A DNA stretch of 64,000 nt from contig MU004183.1 of NCBI GenBank assembly GCA_010093605.1, positions 2,418,001 through 2,482,000 on the forward strand, read 5' to 3'. How positions within the stretch are numbered: position 1 is the first letter of the stretch; every line of letters starts with the position of its first letter. A program made the position numbers and the translations under genes. The notes beneath the pieces were generated by a model. It was not told the origin of the DNA. It saw only the letters and a list, made by a program, of their open reading frames with translations, and ran no database searches. The DNA is from Lophium mytilinum (lineage: Eukaryota). Shown one piece after another: positions 41,525 through 56,400 of the stretch.

Positions 41525-42641
41525 AGTAGCGGTGGATCAAGTTTTCGTTGCGGATGACGCGTCGTGAGCTGGCTAAAAGCTAATTCAATGTAGATATGTT
41601 TACTCTGTACGCCAGTCAGTGTCTATGAGCGAAGGAACTTCGTGATGAACTAACGTTGGGAATGCGCCTCGCGCAGCGGCCGTCAGTTGGGATGGTGAGA
41701 ATCTGGGTGGTGCAGGGGGTTGGCCGTGTCGACAAATTCCTCGGAGTTCACAACCTACGGCCTCATCTCTACGTGGATGAGCCGAAGGCGTGGGTGGATG
41801 TTGAAGGAGAGGGGTGAGGTGTAGTTGAGATAGTCGGGGACGGAAAAAGGTTTCGCCAAGGCCGGCTTCCAAAAAGAGACGTCACGAAGGAAGGTGGCCG
41901 ACGAGAGAACGTACATCTCACACATCACAAATCACTACAAAGAAAGATCATCGCAAAAAGCAGCATCCATAGGTATCCTACAATATATGCAGCCGTCCGA
42001 CCGGCAAAACCGCAAAAAATATGATACACACATGGAGAAGTAGAAAGAACCTGGATTGTCCGTGGCCTCCCCGCTACCCACAAACGCCATGCTTTTTATC
42101 TCGGAGAAATCAGGAGAAAAAGTCTTTAGAAGGACCCACAGGAGAACAAGACCGTTCACCCTAGGTTCCGCATCCCATCCCATTCCTTCCATCGACACCT
42201 TCTTGCCCACTAAGCCCACCCGACATATATCACTCGTCCTCCAAAACTGGCTATCCACGGCAAATGGGGGACGAGAAGGTGATGCAGAAAGAAAAGGACA
42301 TTCAAAAGGTAGAGTAAAGAAGGGCAGACAAGAGAGTTAAAGGGTTGGTAAGAGGGAAGCAATGAACAACCGAAGAAGCCCAATGGAAGATATGTAATCC
42401 GACTCCGACTTCAAAGTATTCGCCTTCAAATCCGTCCCATGCAATGAATTCCCAGAATACCGTTAGACCCCCCACGCACGTAAATGCATTGAAGAAAGTG
42501 AACCAGACATTACTAGGTGATTGCTTGATGCATTTGGAAAAATGCTTAAGCAGAGTTTTAGAGGAAATGGTCGAGTCGTAGTTTAGAAGTTGAGATATTC
42601 AAATGACCGCTGGTGGTGCGAGACATTTCAGAACGCCAACC

Positions 42642-45600
42642 CTATAGTCCGACATGAGGGCTATGTTGAGCGTGCGAGAAGAGCGCATGGAACAACCTCC
42701 GGACCTGGGACTTCCTTTAGCCGGAGAGTCGTAACAAGGAGGAAAGAATTCCACTGACCTCAGGCGCTGACTCGATGAATGGCAAGGTCCAGAATGAGTA
42801 TTCACCATTCTTGAGGATTTCCAAGAGTGTGATGATGAGACCCCATGGATGTGGGCGATGGACTAAGAGCCTCTCCAAAAGCACCCTCGTAATGGTTTCT
42901 TGCACATCCAGCGTCTGCTGATCGGGAGGGCCAGTGGATTCAAAAAGATGAAGAACCGCATAGCTGAAGAAGTGGGTGTGGCTATTGGGCCATCTAAGCT
43001 GGTTGGCCATGGCGCTGATGAAGTGGAATCGAGCCTCAGGTTGGAGTTCTCTCGCCAAGTTCTCGAGTAACTTGGTAGAAGACGAGGCTTTATTGAAAGC
43101 TGGTCCTTTGGAGCCCTGTGCCTCTAGTGCTGCTGATCCGATGTACAGGACCATAGCTTGGATAAGGACGGAATTTGCGGTGGTCCGCATCAGCTCAAAC
43201 CCGTTGTCTTTCGGCTCGAGATAGGACGTAGCCTGGCATATCATCTTGATGTCTTCTGCGCTTTGATCCGTGGTCCGGAGGAGGTTGTCCAGGGTATCCT
43301 TGATTCCAGCTCGGCGAATAGGGTCTTCAATATCACCCCGGATGATCGGGGGTTGTCGAATCTCTTCCAGGCGATCCACCTTGAGATTGGCCGTGAAAGG
43401 ATCGGGCATTTCGAGAATCGTAGAAGGGTAGGCACTGATGATGAGGTTTCGAAGCTGGGTGCAGTGCATCGGGATGCTATTGCAAAGCTTGAAATGGTTC
43501 TCGGCAAGGAACTCTGGGTAATCATGATGAATGACCAAGAGGACTCTGAGGACCCCGCGATAGAAGCTCTGTGCTGCGCTAGCAGTACCAATGGGCCTCA
43601 CTTTCTCGCCGGTGTATCTGAGGAGAGCTTCCATGAGCTGTGTATAGGTATCCCAGCGTCGTTCCTTAGAGTGTAGGTCTTGATGGTCCTCGTCAAGAAG
43701 GGCCGGGATGAAGATCCGATGTGCGACCAAGCCGAGCCATGAAAACGCAAAGTTTTCGAAGTATTGCGGCTGAAGCGCCAGGAACGCTCTACCTAAAACC
43801 AGGAAAATATCGGTTTTGAAGCCAGAGAGTTCGTCCTCGTTGGCTGCGATGTGCAGTTCCGAAAGAAGCGTTGAGAACAGGCGGAAGAACACCTTGGAGT
43901 TGAAACGCTCACCGCGGGAGCGGTGATGGTCGCAAAGGATCAACACCACTATGCACAAGATGGCGTCGAGATATCTGGCCTTGCTCTCCTTTACCGCACC
44001 ATCTTCTTCACCTTGATATATGACCAGTGACACGATCAGTCTACCCAATGCATCCACATTGATGTAAGCGGTGTCCAAGTTTCCGTAGTTGTCTGCTTCG
44101 CGCTCGAACGACTCTATGGAAGCCTCAACGCAGACGCGGATCAAAGAAGCCGTCTCTGATGGTGTATCAAGGACCTTCCGCTCGTGCAGTTGGTAGATGA
44201 AAGCCGCAATGGACTTCTTTGGAGTGTCCGGATACTGCAAGCCCACCCATTCGTCAAAGGTGTATCGGAGTTGGTCGTTTCGGCTTCGGCTTGGGGTCGG
44301 AGGCGTGGGTAGAGCTGCATCGCTCGACCGCATTTGTAGCTTTTCGACGATCTGGTTCCCTGTCACGAACCCAGGATCTTCTGACAGCCATTGCATGAGA
44401 GCATCGATGGACAAAGCGAACTCGGCCCGAAGCGCGCCAGGCTGCTCGTTCAGCAGAATCTCATCTACGAGATCGGAGAGGAGCTCTGCTGCCGGTACGC
44501 TCCGTCTCTGAATCGCTTTGGCAATGGTAATGTTGACGCGATGCAAATCCATAAGGTCAACATTGATCAGGGATACAATGACTCCGGAGTTGAAGATGCG
44601 GTCGTCATCAATCGTGGTCAGCCACATGATCACTTGCCTTGAGGTTGTCACAGACGACCGGCAGAGTTGGGCTAGTAGATGGGTCATCACTTCCGTCTCT
44701 AGACGCTTCGCAGGCTCGGAGAACAGATGCAAGGTGACTTTCATGGCGATATTCATGGCAACCATGTCCTTGTTCCCCGCATTCAAGATAGTGTCCATCA
44801 GTTCACGGAAGATGTTAAGAGTCGGTGCCGTCGGTGACAAATCGTCCGAGTGTTCTTCGGGTGCCTCGGTGACAGCCTGGTGAAGGTCCGCGACGAGTTC
44901 GTCTGCGCGCTGGCTGCTATCAGGTCCTGACTGCTCCATGTAGCCGTTCAAGTGTTGTTGAGCGGGTGGGGCATGGGTAGAAGGAAGAGCCTGCATACGG
45001 GGCTGCTGCTGTTGAAGTGCTTGACGCGGTACAGCAGGGGCCTCAGCCGGCGTTGCCAGGTTGGGAACAGCAAACTGGTCTTGCAAAACGTCAGGCATTT
45101 GTCGTCCACTATCTTGTGAGACATTGTTGGCATGCGGCAATGCTCGCGGTTGGCGACCAAACTCTTCGTAGATGGCCAGCTGCTCCCGGTTGAGACCACC
45201 AGAAGTCTGCTTATACGGATCCGGAATATAAAAGGCCCATTGACTGATGGAGGTGTCCTTGCTTCCGAAAGGTTCATTTGTTCGAGAGTTGCGATACGCG
45301 CGACGGTTTATCGCTTGATCTTCAATCTGCATGTCGATCTCAGGCAAAGACTGGTTCTCCGCTGCCTGTTCAACAACACTGCAGACCGTATCGAGATTAT
45401 CGTTGACGAACATCAGGACATGTCCTTCAGGAAGAGCGTGTTCAGGAAGATCCCGAGCCATCACTCGAATGTTGTTCATGATGCTCATACGCAGCGGTTC
45501 CTTGCAAGTCACAAGCGCCAAGGCACCTGACAGTGACTTTACCACGGTATGAGCGGAGTCGCGAAGCTTGTTCTCGTCTGGTTCCATGGCGAAGTCCTTG

Positions 45601-48600
45601 GCGATCAGCTGTGACGTGGAGATAGCCGCAATGGTAACAGATCGTTCCACAACCGGTGCAATGATCTCTTGAATCGCTTGATGCACTGCAGAATGAAATA
45701 TCTTCTTAAGGGATGCCTGGGCAGCAGCACCGCCAGTGATGGGCGGATATGTCAACCGAGTACTGAAATCTGGCAGAGAGGCTGTGATTGCTCCAGGTGA
45801 GAAGCGCTCGTTTTGGCCACGAGTCCGGCTCAAGCCCATGATAGCAAGCTCGCCGAAGGCTTCCATGCCATCGGGTACCATTGCTCCTAGATATTCGTCG
45901 TCTTGCGCAGGTCTGGAACGGATGCAGTCAGAAGGGGTCACCTTGTTGTAGTCCAGATCCAAGCCTTTGCACAAAACCTCAATCTCGAACTTTTGATTGA
46001 GTTTGAGATCCGCGTGCTTGTACAGTTCGAGGAGGATGCGGACAATTTCCATAGTCCAAGGATTAGGTGGCTTGAAGACGGTAGACTTGGCGGCCTGGAT
46101 CAAGACCTTGCAGGTGAATGGGATTACCAGCAAAAGGCGGTCTGTGTCATAGCCTTCGATAAGCAGGTCTTTGAACGAAATGTTCCTGAACTTGATCGGC
46201 TTATCGCGGGCAATGGTCAAAGAGCCAAGCCATCCAGCAAGATTCTTTAAATGAGTCCGTTCTGTGGAGGAGCCAATGGTAGACTCCGAATTCAGCATCC
46301 GAATGACGGAGTGGTAAGTTTCTCTGAGAACCTCCGCCCACAGTGTCTTGTCGTTGAACAAATCCAGCATATCCAGATACAGCTGCTGGAAGTTTGGCTG
46401 CATCTTCGCTCGCTCTTCTACGAGATACCCGGCAAACCATTGATGGTGTTTCTCTTCGAGAGCTCCCATAAGGTCTTTGATCTTGTCCCTTAGATTGCGT
46501 TCCGACACGTTGTTCAAGACAAAGAGTACCTTGTCCTGGACCTCCTCGTCAGGCTCTTCGAAGTGATCTTTCTCAATTGGAGGATCGACATGCAAGCATG
46601 TAAAGTGTGGAATCGCAGGCTCGGCCTGGACGAGGTCGTCCACATTGGTACCATTGCTCATGTTGACGCCATTTTGTGTCTCGCCGTTGACAGCAGCAAT
46701 CTCGTGCCCAACAACCTGTTCCACTTTCGCGAAAGCCTCAGTTCCACGAAGATGAGGGACATTGAGAAGCTCTTCACAGTAATGTGGCCACTCCGGAAGT
46801 TTGCTCTGGAAGTGCAGTAGGGCCTGGAGGCCGAACTTATACATGGAGTCTTCTGGGCCGTACTCCTGGATGGCTTCCAGAACCATCTTTAGCGCGACTT
46901 GAAGGGCGATCCTCGAGAGTAAATCGAAGTTGATGATGCCACCGAAAAGAACTGCGGTGGTTGCCAAGGCCTCTAGAGGGTATTCGCCGAAGCAGTTGTA
47001 CTCGTCGAACAGGCCATGGATCATGCAAGCAAAGAGGTCCTGCTCAGATGGGTCTTCGGAACTCTTGTAGCGGCGAAGAACTTCGATGATGTCGCTTACA
47101 CTACTTTCGCCGCTGTACATATTCTTGTAGTGCTCCTGCATTTTCTTATCGGCCTCTTCTGGCAAACCGTTGTCAGGCAAGCCGTTGCTGCCTTTGCCGT
47201 TGGCGTCTGTTATCTCATCAAACCCTTCTCCGTAATTGATGATGCGAGGATACGCCTGAATGCACGACCTCTGCAGGGTTAGAAGATCTCTCTCTGATGT
47301 CAAATCGGTGTCTCCGCTTTCCGCGATAATCCCGAGAAGAGAGTACACGGTTCTAACGGTTAATGACGGACTCGTCGTCATAGCTTCGCGTTGTGACTGC
47401 AACTCATACTCTGTCTTGGATACAAGGAAACGGCTTAGAACGCCGCGAAACAGAGGTCCCAGCCGGTCATATGCTTTCTGCGCCCATGGCTCAATGTCCC
47501 ACAGGCCTTGCGAGTGAGCTTGAGCGATTAGGTCGAGACTCAAATCGTTGCTGGCATCTATCAGAGGCTCTAGCCATCCGTAGGCTTTGGCATGGTCCAT
47601 TACGACCAGAAGTGTCATCGGGTCCTGATTGTAGGCCTCGATGAACTTTGATACTAGCCAGGTCGTGTCTTGTTGCCATAAGCCGTATAGGACGAAGTCG
47701 TAGTGGTCGAGTTTCTTCAGCAGGAACGGATAATAGAGTTGCTTCATGGCCTGTTCTTGGAGAGCGCCCCACGGCTTTGGGGTAGCAGCGGCAGCAACCA
47801 AAAAGATGTCTGTCTTAGCGTTGATAACCAATTCGGGTATGCCGAGAGCTTGCGCCGTGCTGTACCATTCCTGAGATCGGAAGATCATGCTAAAGAGTGT
47901 GCTCGTTGCGTCGAGAGAAACCAGTGGATGTTTGGCAGCTTGCTCAGCGTGAGCTTTTACGTCATTCGAGGCGCTTTCGAACAGCTCGTTCGTGAATGCT
48001 TTTCGTAGTCGAGGGATCTTGGTGGCATCTACCTCGTCCGGGGTGCATGAGAGGAACGCAACAATGAATGACAACTGGGCGAGTTCGGAGTTCCAAGATC
48101 CTCCCCACAACAGCTGTAGGTCGAAGTTGTCCGTTTCGATTGCCAAGGGATACAGAGCTTCGTAAAGAGCCAGGAACTGTGCCTTAGTGACACGGAGTCC
48201 ATCTCTATCGAAAGCATGCACGACATCTTGCCAGTCGAGCTGTTGTCCAGCGCGGTGCTGCCGCAGAGCGGCAACGAAATTGCTAGCATTGTAGGCTTGG
48301 CCGCTGTGGGAAACGACTTGGGAAATCACCATGAAGAGCAGGGCGCATGCGACCTGCTGGTAGCTGATATTTCGAGTTTCCACGGATTCTAGCAATGCTT
48401 TGCTCGACTCCACTGTTGCCGTCGCTTGGGGTCCTGCACGCTGCAGGGTATGAACCAAAGGATTTTGTTTGGCATCGGTGAGCTCTACAAGGTGCAATGC
48501 GGCACCAACGTCTGCTGGTAATGGCAGGCCAACGGATTGGTATCTGTATGTCACAGCAATCGATAGCGACTGTCTCTGCTCCTCGGTCCAGTCGCGTGGG

Positions 48601-49750
48601 GGATCTTGGATGAGGCGGTCGAGGATCGCGACAAGGATATCAGAGGGCAACTCATCTTGAGCTTCGATAACTGGGCGGGCGACTGTTTGCATAAAATCGG
48701 TGTAGTTGTTGGCAAGGATCGCATCGGCTGGATGAAATTAGTGTACTGAAAATGCCGTCCCAGGACTAGACTCACCTTTTGTTCGGAGGTCCGATTTTTG
48801 AGCGGATTTGAACGCAAGTGCGAGCATTGTTTTTTCGACGGGATCTAATCTGAAGTGCGCCATAAACGTGGAGAGATCGAAGTCGCGAAAGATCTCGCCC
48901 TCGGATGTATCGATGGATTCCGCGATTTTGGACGCCTGGTGAGGATCCTCCCTAATCTTTTCCACTTCGGAGAGAAGCAAGGAATAGCTTCCAGAGTTCT
49001 CTGAGCTCCTGGCACCGGGAAATATCTGCCCGGCACTACCCTGCAGCAAGCGCCGGAAAGATTTGGTGTAGACCTCCATTCCGTGAGAGTTCATCAACTG
49101 GGGTAAGGTTAGATATGAGATTGCACATGCGAATGATGGGCAGGCGCGACGTGACTGACCTCGCGAATCTGATCCGCCTGCTTCTCCCACCTGGCCTTAT
49201 CTTTGTCCTCCTTGATGGACTGCAGTTGGGTCAGGCTTAGGAAGACCTGCGCAATGACGATCTTGGCCAATGACTGGCCAGACTGGGCGGAATTGGAGTT
49301 GATGGAAGTGCTAGGTGAGCCCACGGCACTAGATTGTGAGAGTGAAGGTGAGGCCCGAGCAAGTTTGGCTCCTCCGCCGCTGCTCGGCGTACCTCCACCA
49401 CCCTTCGACGCGGTAGACAAGGCGGCGGCGGAGGAAGCCAGCTGAGATGATGCCGAGGAAGCTATGGTTCTGGTGCGGGCGGAAGACAGCAGCTGGTTGG
49501 CCGGCGGCTGCTGTCCCGCTTGCGAGGGCGAAAATGGGAAGGAGGTTGAGGATGTGGAGGATGCGCGGCTTGCACCTTGTCGGGAGGAGGGCGGTGGCAA
49601 CGAAGGAAAGCCAGCGGTGGGCGGAGAGAAGCCAGCGCGTGACGGGCTGCCGGGCGAGGGGGTATGGCGTTGAGAGGAGGTGAAAGCGGTTGAAATGGGT
49701 GTTAAGCGGCGGTTCTGGTGCTGACTTGAGCCCCACGGAAGTTGGCTCAT
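42642..49750 (-). CDS. NOT1: CCR4-NOT complex scaffold subunit Not1; introns 49098-49159, 48728-48775, 42705-42758
   Basis: Hallmark Not1 motifs (FACMIHGLFDEY..YPLEALATTAVLFG, LKNLAGWLG, NQLRWPNSHTHFF, RVLLERLLVHRPHPWGL). Splicing adds the last exon VRRLFHALFSHAQHSPHVGL*. Confidence 0.97.
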
Positions 49751-51062
49751 CTAGACCAGCGTTTCCATCGAGGCGCTTCAAGGCGGGAAAGGGCAATGGG
49801 GAGAGTGAGATGGGGGGTGGGGGTTGAGGATGGTCGACAGATGGAGAAGGAAGACAACGCGCTGTGGATGAGGTTCGGCCCTCTGCGGCAAGTTCCGTGA
49901 GCCGTGTCCAAAAGAGGGCAGCAGCAATGCGACAACCACTCCTGCGGTTTTACAGCAAGGTGAAACACTGAAGCGCAGTCGTTTTCATAGGTATTGGATC
50001 CATTTCATGCGACAGCCTCGACCGCCTGACTACTACACTTCGGGTTTGAACGCATGCTGGCACAGGAGATGCCAGCTGTTTGAACCACGTGACCCAGGCC
50101 ATCAGCCTCAAATGGAGGACTCTCCTAATATCACAAACCATGTTATATGAACTGTAATCATTGGCCATTTCTCCGGTGTTCCAGATGCCATAGTAAAGGC
50201 TTTGGAGATTGCGAACCCTCATACGTACATGCAAGGCCGCAGCTGTTGATTGCCCACGACAAAGCCTGCAACATGTACACAAAGGGATCTGATTCATATT
50301 CTCAAGGGGAATCTCCAAGCTCTACGTACGATGGAATCGAACTCGACATCGAGTTGCGCTGAGCATTGGTGAAACAGTGTGCAAGTATTTGACCGACCCT
50401 TTCTCATCCTATTGGTCGAGAGACGCGCCATACACGCCTCTATGCACTGATACTAAGCTATCTGAAGAAAGCAAAAGTGAGACACGGGATGGCATCGTGT
50501 GGAGTGCGCCCCTATAGCATAAAGTTGCGGTGTGGCTGACAGTACCGCAAGTCCTGATACAGGCTCACATATGAATCTGAGATGTCCATCTGCAAACGTT
50601 TGACACGGTCTGATGTGCTCATGAAAAGTCCAGCCTCGACATAGCAAGTGAAATTGAACTACGGAAGAAGACTTATTGCGATTTAGGCAATTCTTCGGTA
50701 CTCAGAAAATAACTCCGGGACTTGAAATAGAGGTTGAATCGACGGGACCTGACAGCTGCTGCTAACCGCTGTGGGAAAAGGTGTGGGGAGCACGCGGCTG
50801 TGATGCGATTGGTGGGGCTATATGGTTGTCGTGGTGAAAAAGTGCCAAGGATTGTTTACTCGGGACATCCATCTTGAATCCCTGCCCTGCCTCCGCAGCT
50901 TCATGCCACGCTCTTCCGCAACCCATACCGTCTCTCATATTCCAATATCTCCGGCACATCCTTAAAGGCGCCTTGGGTCCAAGGCCTCCCGAAGTCCTAT
51001 ACAGGCAATTTAATCCCACTCGCTCAAAGTATCTGCGTCGAACGACGTAAACAACAGGCGCG

Positions 51063-54000
51063 ATGCCTGGCACTTCCGTCTCAGAGCCGCCCTCAGTGTC
51101 TCTATCCTGTACGCAGAACTGTTACACCTTGATCAATCGACATTCTAACTCGTGCCAGTTGCCAACAATTTCTGGGGCAAGGATGACGCTGGCGTCAGTC
51201 CACTGCTGGAGCGACTTCACAACGCAAAAGTCACCGGCGACGAACTGAAGTCTTTTTATACCAGTACATGACCCCGCTCGCATGATCGACTACATCACAC
51301 TGACACACGAGTAGCTCGCGCCGCCATTGAAGATGAATACTCTCGGAAGCTTCTCAATCTCTCCCGAAAGCCCCTCGGCTCCTCCGAAGCCGGCACCCTC
51401 CGCATGTCCCTCGATATTGTTCGAGGCGAGGTCGAATCTATGGGCAAGTCCCACCAAAATATTGCGGGCCAAATGAAGAGCGAATTAGAAGAGCCACTGG
51501 CTGCATTCGCTGGTGGAATGAAGGAGCGTAGAAAGATTGTACAGTCTGGCATTGAAAAACTGCTAAAGACCAAGACACAACAAACGATGACAGTCAACAA
51601 GGCGCGTGACCGGTACGAACAGGACTGTCTGAAGATTAAAGGTTTTCTCGCACAGGCGCACATGGTCATGGGTCAGGAGGAACGGAAGAACAAGGCGAAG
51701 TTAGAGAAGACTCAGATCCAGCTTTCCAGTACCAGCAGCGACTACGAAGCCGCTGTCAAAGTACTAGAGGAAACTACAGGCCGGTGGAATCGAGATTGGA
51801 AGGCCGGTTGTGACGTGAGTAGACCCGCCTGTGGCTCAGTGCGATATTGATACTGACAATCGGGTAGAAATTCCAAGATCTCGAGGAAGAGCGCATAGAC
51901 TTCATGAAAGCCAGTCTATGGACTTTTGCGAATATCGCGTCAACTGTCTGTGTCAGCGATGATGCCGTAAGTCTCACACACACCATCTAGCCAGTAAGTT
52001 ATAGTCCTAATTGATAATCTAGTCATGCGAGAGGATTCGCTTGTCACTCGAAGATTGCGATGTCGAAAAAGATATCATGGGCTTCATCAAAGATGCGGGA
52101 ACTGGCCAAGAGATACCTGATCCGCCTAAATTCATCAACTTTTGCAGGGGCGATGTCAACGACAATGCGTCGGAGACTTCGGATGACGGTAATTACTCCG
52201 TGGCCCAATTCCAGCGCACCATGAATCCAGCATTCCGGAGCTCTTCACCTCAACCATCCGTCTTTGAATCTCACCACGATCCAAGCAACCCACTCGCCAA
52301 AGAGTTGGGCCTGAAAGAGCCCCAGGTGGTCCCAGATACCGAACCACTAAAGCCGCAACAACCGCAGCGGCCGCAGCAGCCGCAGCAGCCTCAAAATCCC
52401 CCGTCATCGCGAGGAATCCAACCAGACCCTCGATTGATCCAGGCGCAACAACAGGCACGCCAGCAGTACCAGCAGAGCCAGTATGAAGATGTTCCAAAGG
52501 TGTCTCACAACGAGTTCCCAATGGACGGGATGACGCAGTTCTGTCGGCCAGGCGCTCCCTCCGAACGAGGCAATCCTAGCCCCGTACGACCCTCGAGCAG
52601 AGATTCGCACAGTGATTATTCGGGTGGCTCAAACTTCTCCAACATCGACCTTCCCAGTGGTTCGAACTCCCCAGGAAAACCTATGGCTCCCATTGCGCAG
52701 CCGCTAGATGATAGGCAGATCCAGAAGAAGAAGAGCGGGTTCTTCCAAGGTCATAGTCCGTTCCGTAGGAGGAGCAAACATGAGAAGGAGCCGCCCCAGG
52801 CAGCCGTCACCACTCCTAGCAGCCGTAACACTTGGGCGCCACCGTCCAGGAGAAGCAACAACGAAAACATCAGTCCCACCCGTCAACAAGGCTATGGCCA
52901 AGGTGCGCGTGGGATCCTAGGAGGAGAAGGACGGTCGGCAAGCCCAGAGCCAGTCGACCCTCGCGCAAACTTTCAGCTGAACATTGGGAACAATGTGTTT
53001 GATGTTGCATCTCCCGACAAGCGTAAGCAAAAGCAACAGGTTCAGAGTGATGAGCCGGAAGAGCTTGACCCTATCGCCCAGGCCCTGGCAGAGCTGAAGG
53101 GCGTCACAAAGCAAACATCCGTTCGCATGTCAGCAGATCGATACCACGGTCTTTCCACGCCCGCACCTCCGGCAACGCCAGGAAACGCCAACACGCCAGT
53201 CGGAGGAATCCTTACTCCACTCGCCAATGGCGCAGTGAACGCAGCAAAGCGCGGCACGCCTCCACCGTCCTACGAACAGCCACCCATGTCTCGTCTTGGA
53301 GCACCACAGCCTGCCCACACGGCCCGCCAGATGCAGCAAACAACTCAGAGATACCTTGACCAAAAGACAAGCATGTTCAACACAGGGGCAACCCAACGTA
53401 ACTCAGGCTCCAATCAGAATCCGAGTTCTCGTCCGACTACGCGCGGCGTTGCAGGACAAAGCCAAGAAGTCGTTCGAGCTCCTTCTCCCGGCCCTCCGCG
53501 CGCAACTAGCCCTCGTCCAGGGCTCTATCAAACACCATCTGCGCAAGCACCCCAGACCTTCCGTGCTCCGTCGCCTAATCCGTATGCTGCGTCGAATGCG
53601 GGTGGCCGGCCTCGTGCACAGTCTTCCAGCCCCATTAAGCAGTACAACCGCGACTCATACACTCGTGGCGGCTCACCAGGCCAAGCGCCCATTCCCCGCG
53701 CCGTGTCTCCCAATCCTTCTTACGGCGGGGGTCGTCAAGTTCCCGCGTCGCGCGACTCTTACAGCCATGGCGGCTCCCCAGCCCAGGCTCCAATCCCTCG
53801 CGCCGTCTCTCCCAATCCTTCTTACGGCGGTGGTCGTCAAGTTCCCGTACCGCGCAACTCTTACACCCGTAATGACTCGCCAGCCCAAGCTCCCGTTCCT
53901 CGCGCCGTCTCTCCTAATCCTGCTGCGTACAGCAGTAGTCGTCAAGGTCCCGCTTCCCGTCCCGCTTCCCGCGCGGTGAGCCCAGCACCACAGTTCCGTC

Positions 54001-54523
54001 AGTCATATGACCGCCCCAGCAGCTCGCGAGGCAGCGATATGGCACTGCAGCTTGCCCCGGGTCCCGGCAGCGAGCGAGGCGAAGGAAGTGTGTACGGCGG
54101 CAGCCAGCGCAGCCGTGGCGGCGGAGGCAATCCTAGGCCACAGAGCGCTTACTATGCTCCCAGCGAAGCTGGATACAGCAGCGCTGGGGGCGGCGGCGGC
54201 ACTTCGAGTTCTAACCAGGTCAGCGCCAGAGTTCGAAGCCAGAGCGTTGCTGAGCCGAGGCAATATACTAAGGAAGGTCGTATGATTATGCATTATGGTG
54301 AGTGCCTCTTCTTTGACGTTTTGACATTTGGATGTTTGCTAACGATCTCACAGCTCGCGCTATGTACATGTACCAAGCCCAAATCCCCGAGGAACTCAGC
54401 TTCGCCAAAGGCGACATCCTCGCTGTGCTGCGCCTGCAAGACGACGGGTGGTGGGAGGCGCAGGTCATCGGGAAGAATGGCAGGCCAGGCCTTGTGCCTA
54501 GTAACTACTTGCAAAACTGTTAA
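51063..54523 (+). CDS. HOF1: F-BAR/SH3 cytokinesis protein (Hof1/Cdc15/Imp2 family), multi-exon
   Basis: FANNFWGKDDAGV at the start of the FCH domain, F-BAR helices, long disordered middle, and C-terminal SH3 (ARAMYMYQAQIPEELSFAKGDIL..DDGWW..GLVPSNYL); several canonical introns. Confidence 0.9.
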
Positions 54524-55289
54524 GCGGGATTTTTTGATGTCTGGTTGTATGCGGGAGATGTGTTTGATAGCGTTCTGCAAATTGCACAAGGTTTGTTAGT
54601 TCTTATTGGCTACTGCATACGTGCTGGATAGGCTGAGTATGTGCAGACGAGATGAGTGAGAGGTGTTTGGGGTTTGGGTTGATTTTACTGCTTGGTTTGA
54701 TGATGTTGTTGATGTTGGTGAGGGGATGTAGTATATGGCAATGATAAATTGTGTATGAAACGAATCTCTTTTGGTGCCTTTGGACTGTGTGTGCTGTGAG
54801 TTGGGCTTTTTGTCTTCTAACATAATTCTTGAGCACAGAGTAATAGTTGTATATAGTATTCAAGGGTAGCGACTTAACACCTAGTCAGCGCACTTCATTT
54901 TCTCCTAGGTGTTTAGATCATCACTCGTGTAGCCGATATAAAATAATCAGAGTATAGGTGTATAGATTTGAGTTTCTAGAGTGGTAGCTTTTAATATGAA
55001 ATAGGAATTTTTCATTTCAACTCTGTAATTGTGATTTCAGTCTTCCGAATCCCAGTAATCGAGCCCGTATGATGTGCTGCTCATTGTCGAGAGCCCCACC
55101 TCAAGTGAATGACGTTGCATTGCATCCCAGTCCACTTCTTTAGATGTAAATCAGAAAAGAACCAAGCTGTCCCAAGCACGTTCCATCTTTTGGCAATCTC
55201 ATCGTAGTGCTCACAAGTTTGTGTTGGTAGGAAGAGGGTTGCTCGTTGCTGTTTGCCCGTCAACGTTTGTCTGCGTCAAGTTCAAGGCT

Positions 55290-56034
55290 TCACTCGGCCT
55301 TGACAGTGAACTTGGCGTCACCTCCCTTCTCCCAGACTTCGTGGTAGAGCATGGTTGCGCAGAGTTGGCCTAAAACAGCACGAGCTGTCATTCCATCCCA
55401 AGGATCCTTCATCGTGTGAGTCCTCAGGTCACCCCACAGCTCCTTACTGTCGGCATGAGCGACTCCAAACACATGCGTCCATGCTCCAGTCAAGCTGATT
55501 GTCGCTTCAGCTCTATTCTCCCAGATGATCCGATTTCCAACACGCTTGTACATGCCGGCCTACCAGGATTTAGTTGATTAGAACTTGAAGAGCGTATGTT
55601 TAACATAGTTCGCATACCTTGACTACGTTACCATCGCGCCGGATGATGCAGCTGGATGTTGTGGTACTTTCGCGCCTTCACTCGACAGTTTTGAACTGGG
55701 GATTCAGAAACTGCTTCAGGACTGTGTCGTCCTCACCGTCGTAGTTCCAGAGAACCGTCACAACACCATCGGCAAGGCGCAAGCTGAGCCTTGTGTCCAG
55801 GCGGTCGATGATATTGAAGAACTCATCGTTGACCACATGTGGCCAAGCTCGAGGAGTGTTCGCTGGTAGTAGCTTGCAATTTTCGACGAAGGTGATTTCG
55901 CTAGTTTTGTCAATGGCCTCATTACCACTATCGTCCCCCATGTAGTCGCTGCTGATACCCCAATCTTCGAAGAGTTTGTTCTCAAGTTCTTCGTCTGTGT
56001 CCTTCCAGTTTTCAAGCACGTCTCTGAAAGACAT
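55290..56034 (-). pseudogene. Orphan gene, paralog of 56401-57274, with an in-frame TGA at 55678-55680; intron 55560-55617
   Basis: Shares LADGV.TV.WNY and an intron followed by AGMY with its neighbour; the frame continues through the TGA to the splice donor. Confidence 0.6.
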
Positions 56035-56400
56035 ACTGGACCTAGCTGATGGTGTCTTGAAGATTTGTAGGGCAGGTAAAGGTCGAACAAACGTAGATTA
56101 AAGGTAGAGAATAAGAGAAAGGTAGAGTGAAGGGTGAAGAAGTTTCAGCAGAGCCATTCTACTATTGAATCACGGTGAAAGGGCGAAGTGAAGTGGTCAC
56201 CACTACTCTTGGCATTTGACTCATGTAAATGCCTTTGCATTTTTGGCATTACTCACGAAGCACACAAATGTGTGTACAGGTTCTTGCCATTGTCATCAGT
56301 CCTCTGGTATAATTCATGAATCCGACAAGGAGGAAAACTTATATTCCTGTGCAACCTCAAAGCTCGCTAGCCCACCTCGGACAGCGCCATGCTCAGGGCC

